Source of the DNA: an uncultured Candidatus Saccharibacteria bacterium
Lineage (GTDB): Bacteria > Patescibacteriota > CAZHWT01
DNA length: 13,440 bases
Reading direction: 5' to 3'
Assembly (NCBI GenBank): GCA_964536215.1
Contig: CAZHWT010000017.1
Span: forward strand, 1-13,440
Notes under the pieces: generated by a model
The model's input: only the letters and a program-made list of their open reading frames with translations
Databases searched by the model: none
What the model was told of the DNA's origin: nothing
Made by a program: the position numbers and the translations under genes
Shown here: piece after piece, positions 13,409 through 13,440 of the stretch
Numbering within the stretch: the stretch's first letter is position 1
Layout of the letters: each line of letters begins with the position of its first letter

Positions 13409-13440
13409 GGCCATGCTATACTATTGAATATGACTGAACC

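Noticed and set aside
1-13440. tRNA or rRNA genes
   Set aside because: I scanned the intergenic regions for the T-loop GGTTCGAATCC/GTTCGA motifs and the D-loop TAGCTCAGT motifs and found none. No rRNA-like conserved stretches.

Overview
This 13.4-kb window is a gene-dense bacterial segment. All confident genes but one lie on the + strand, and the SD-bearing genes have AGGAGG-type ribosome-binding sites while three membrane-protein genes appear leaderless. Promoters are sigma70-like, some with an extended -10, and terminators are GC hairpins followed by a T-run. The style suggests a monoderm or CPR-like organism, but that is a guess.

Genes I can support, in order:
- a flotillin/SPFH (band-7) membrane protein
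- a single-TM hypothetical protein
- a GatB/YqeY-domain protein (minus strand)
- a 58-aa SD-equipped ORF whose first ~35 nt duplicate the start of the downstream P-loop kinase gene
- a Cys-rich lipoprotein followed by a 36-aa ORF, closed by a strong terminator
- a P-loop nucleotide-kinase-like protein
- a stand-alone double-repeat Clp_N protein
- an acidic, probably disordered protein
- a 76-aa two-TM protein
- a 59-aa DUF6496-like protein
- a YibE/F-family membrane protein
- a MacB/FtsX-type ABC transporter (ATPase and permease, start/stop overlapping)
- a membrane-anchored hypothetical protein

I found no tRNA, rRNA, CRISPR array, transposase or integrase, and no recognisable defence or toxin system among the proteins.

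The unusual content is in the intergenic DNA:
- a ~250-bp nested imperfect palindrome carrying a perfect 32-bp GTAC-type palindrome upstream of the ABC operon
- a ~140-bp MITE-like element with 21/22-bp terminal inverted repeats
- a 125-bp multi-hairpin element bounded by a perfect 13-bp inverted repeat, whose GAGAATGAC core recurs at four other sites
- several heptamer tandem-repeat arrays
- short sequence modules shared by different post-stop-codon regions
- a perfect 28-bp palindrome

All calls rest on reading the sequence and remembered family signatures. No database search was run.
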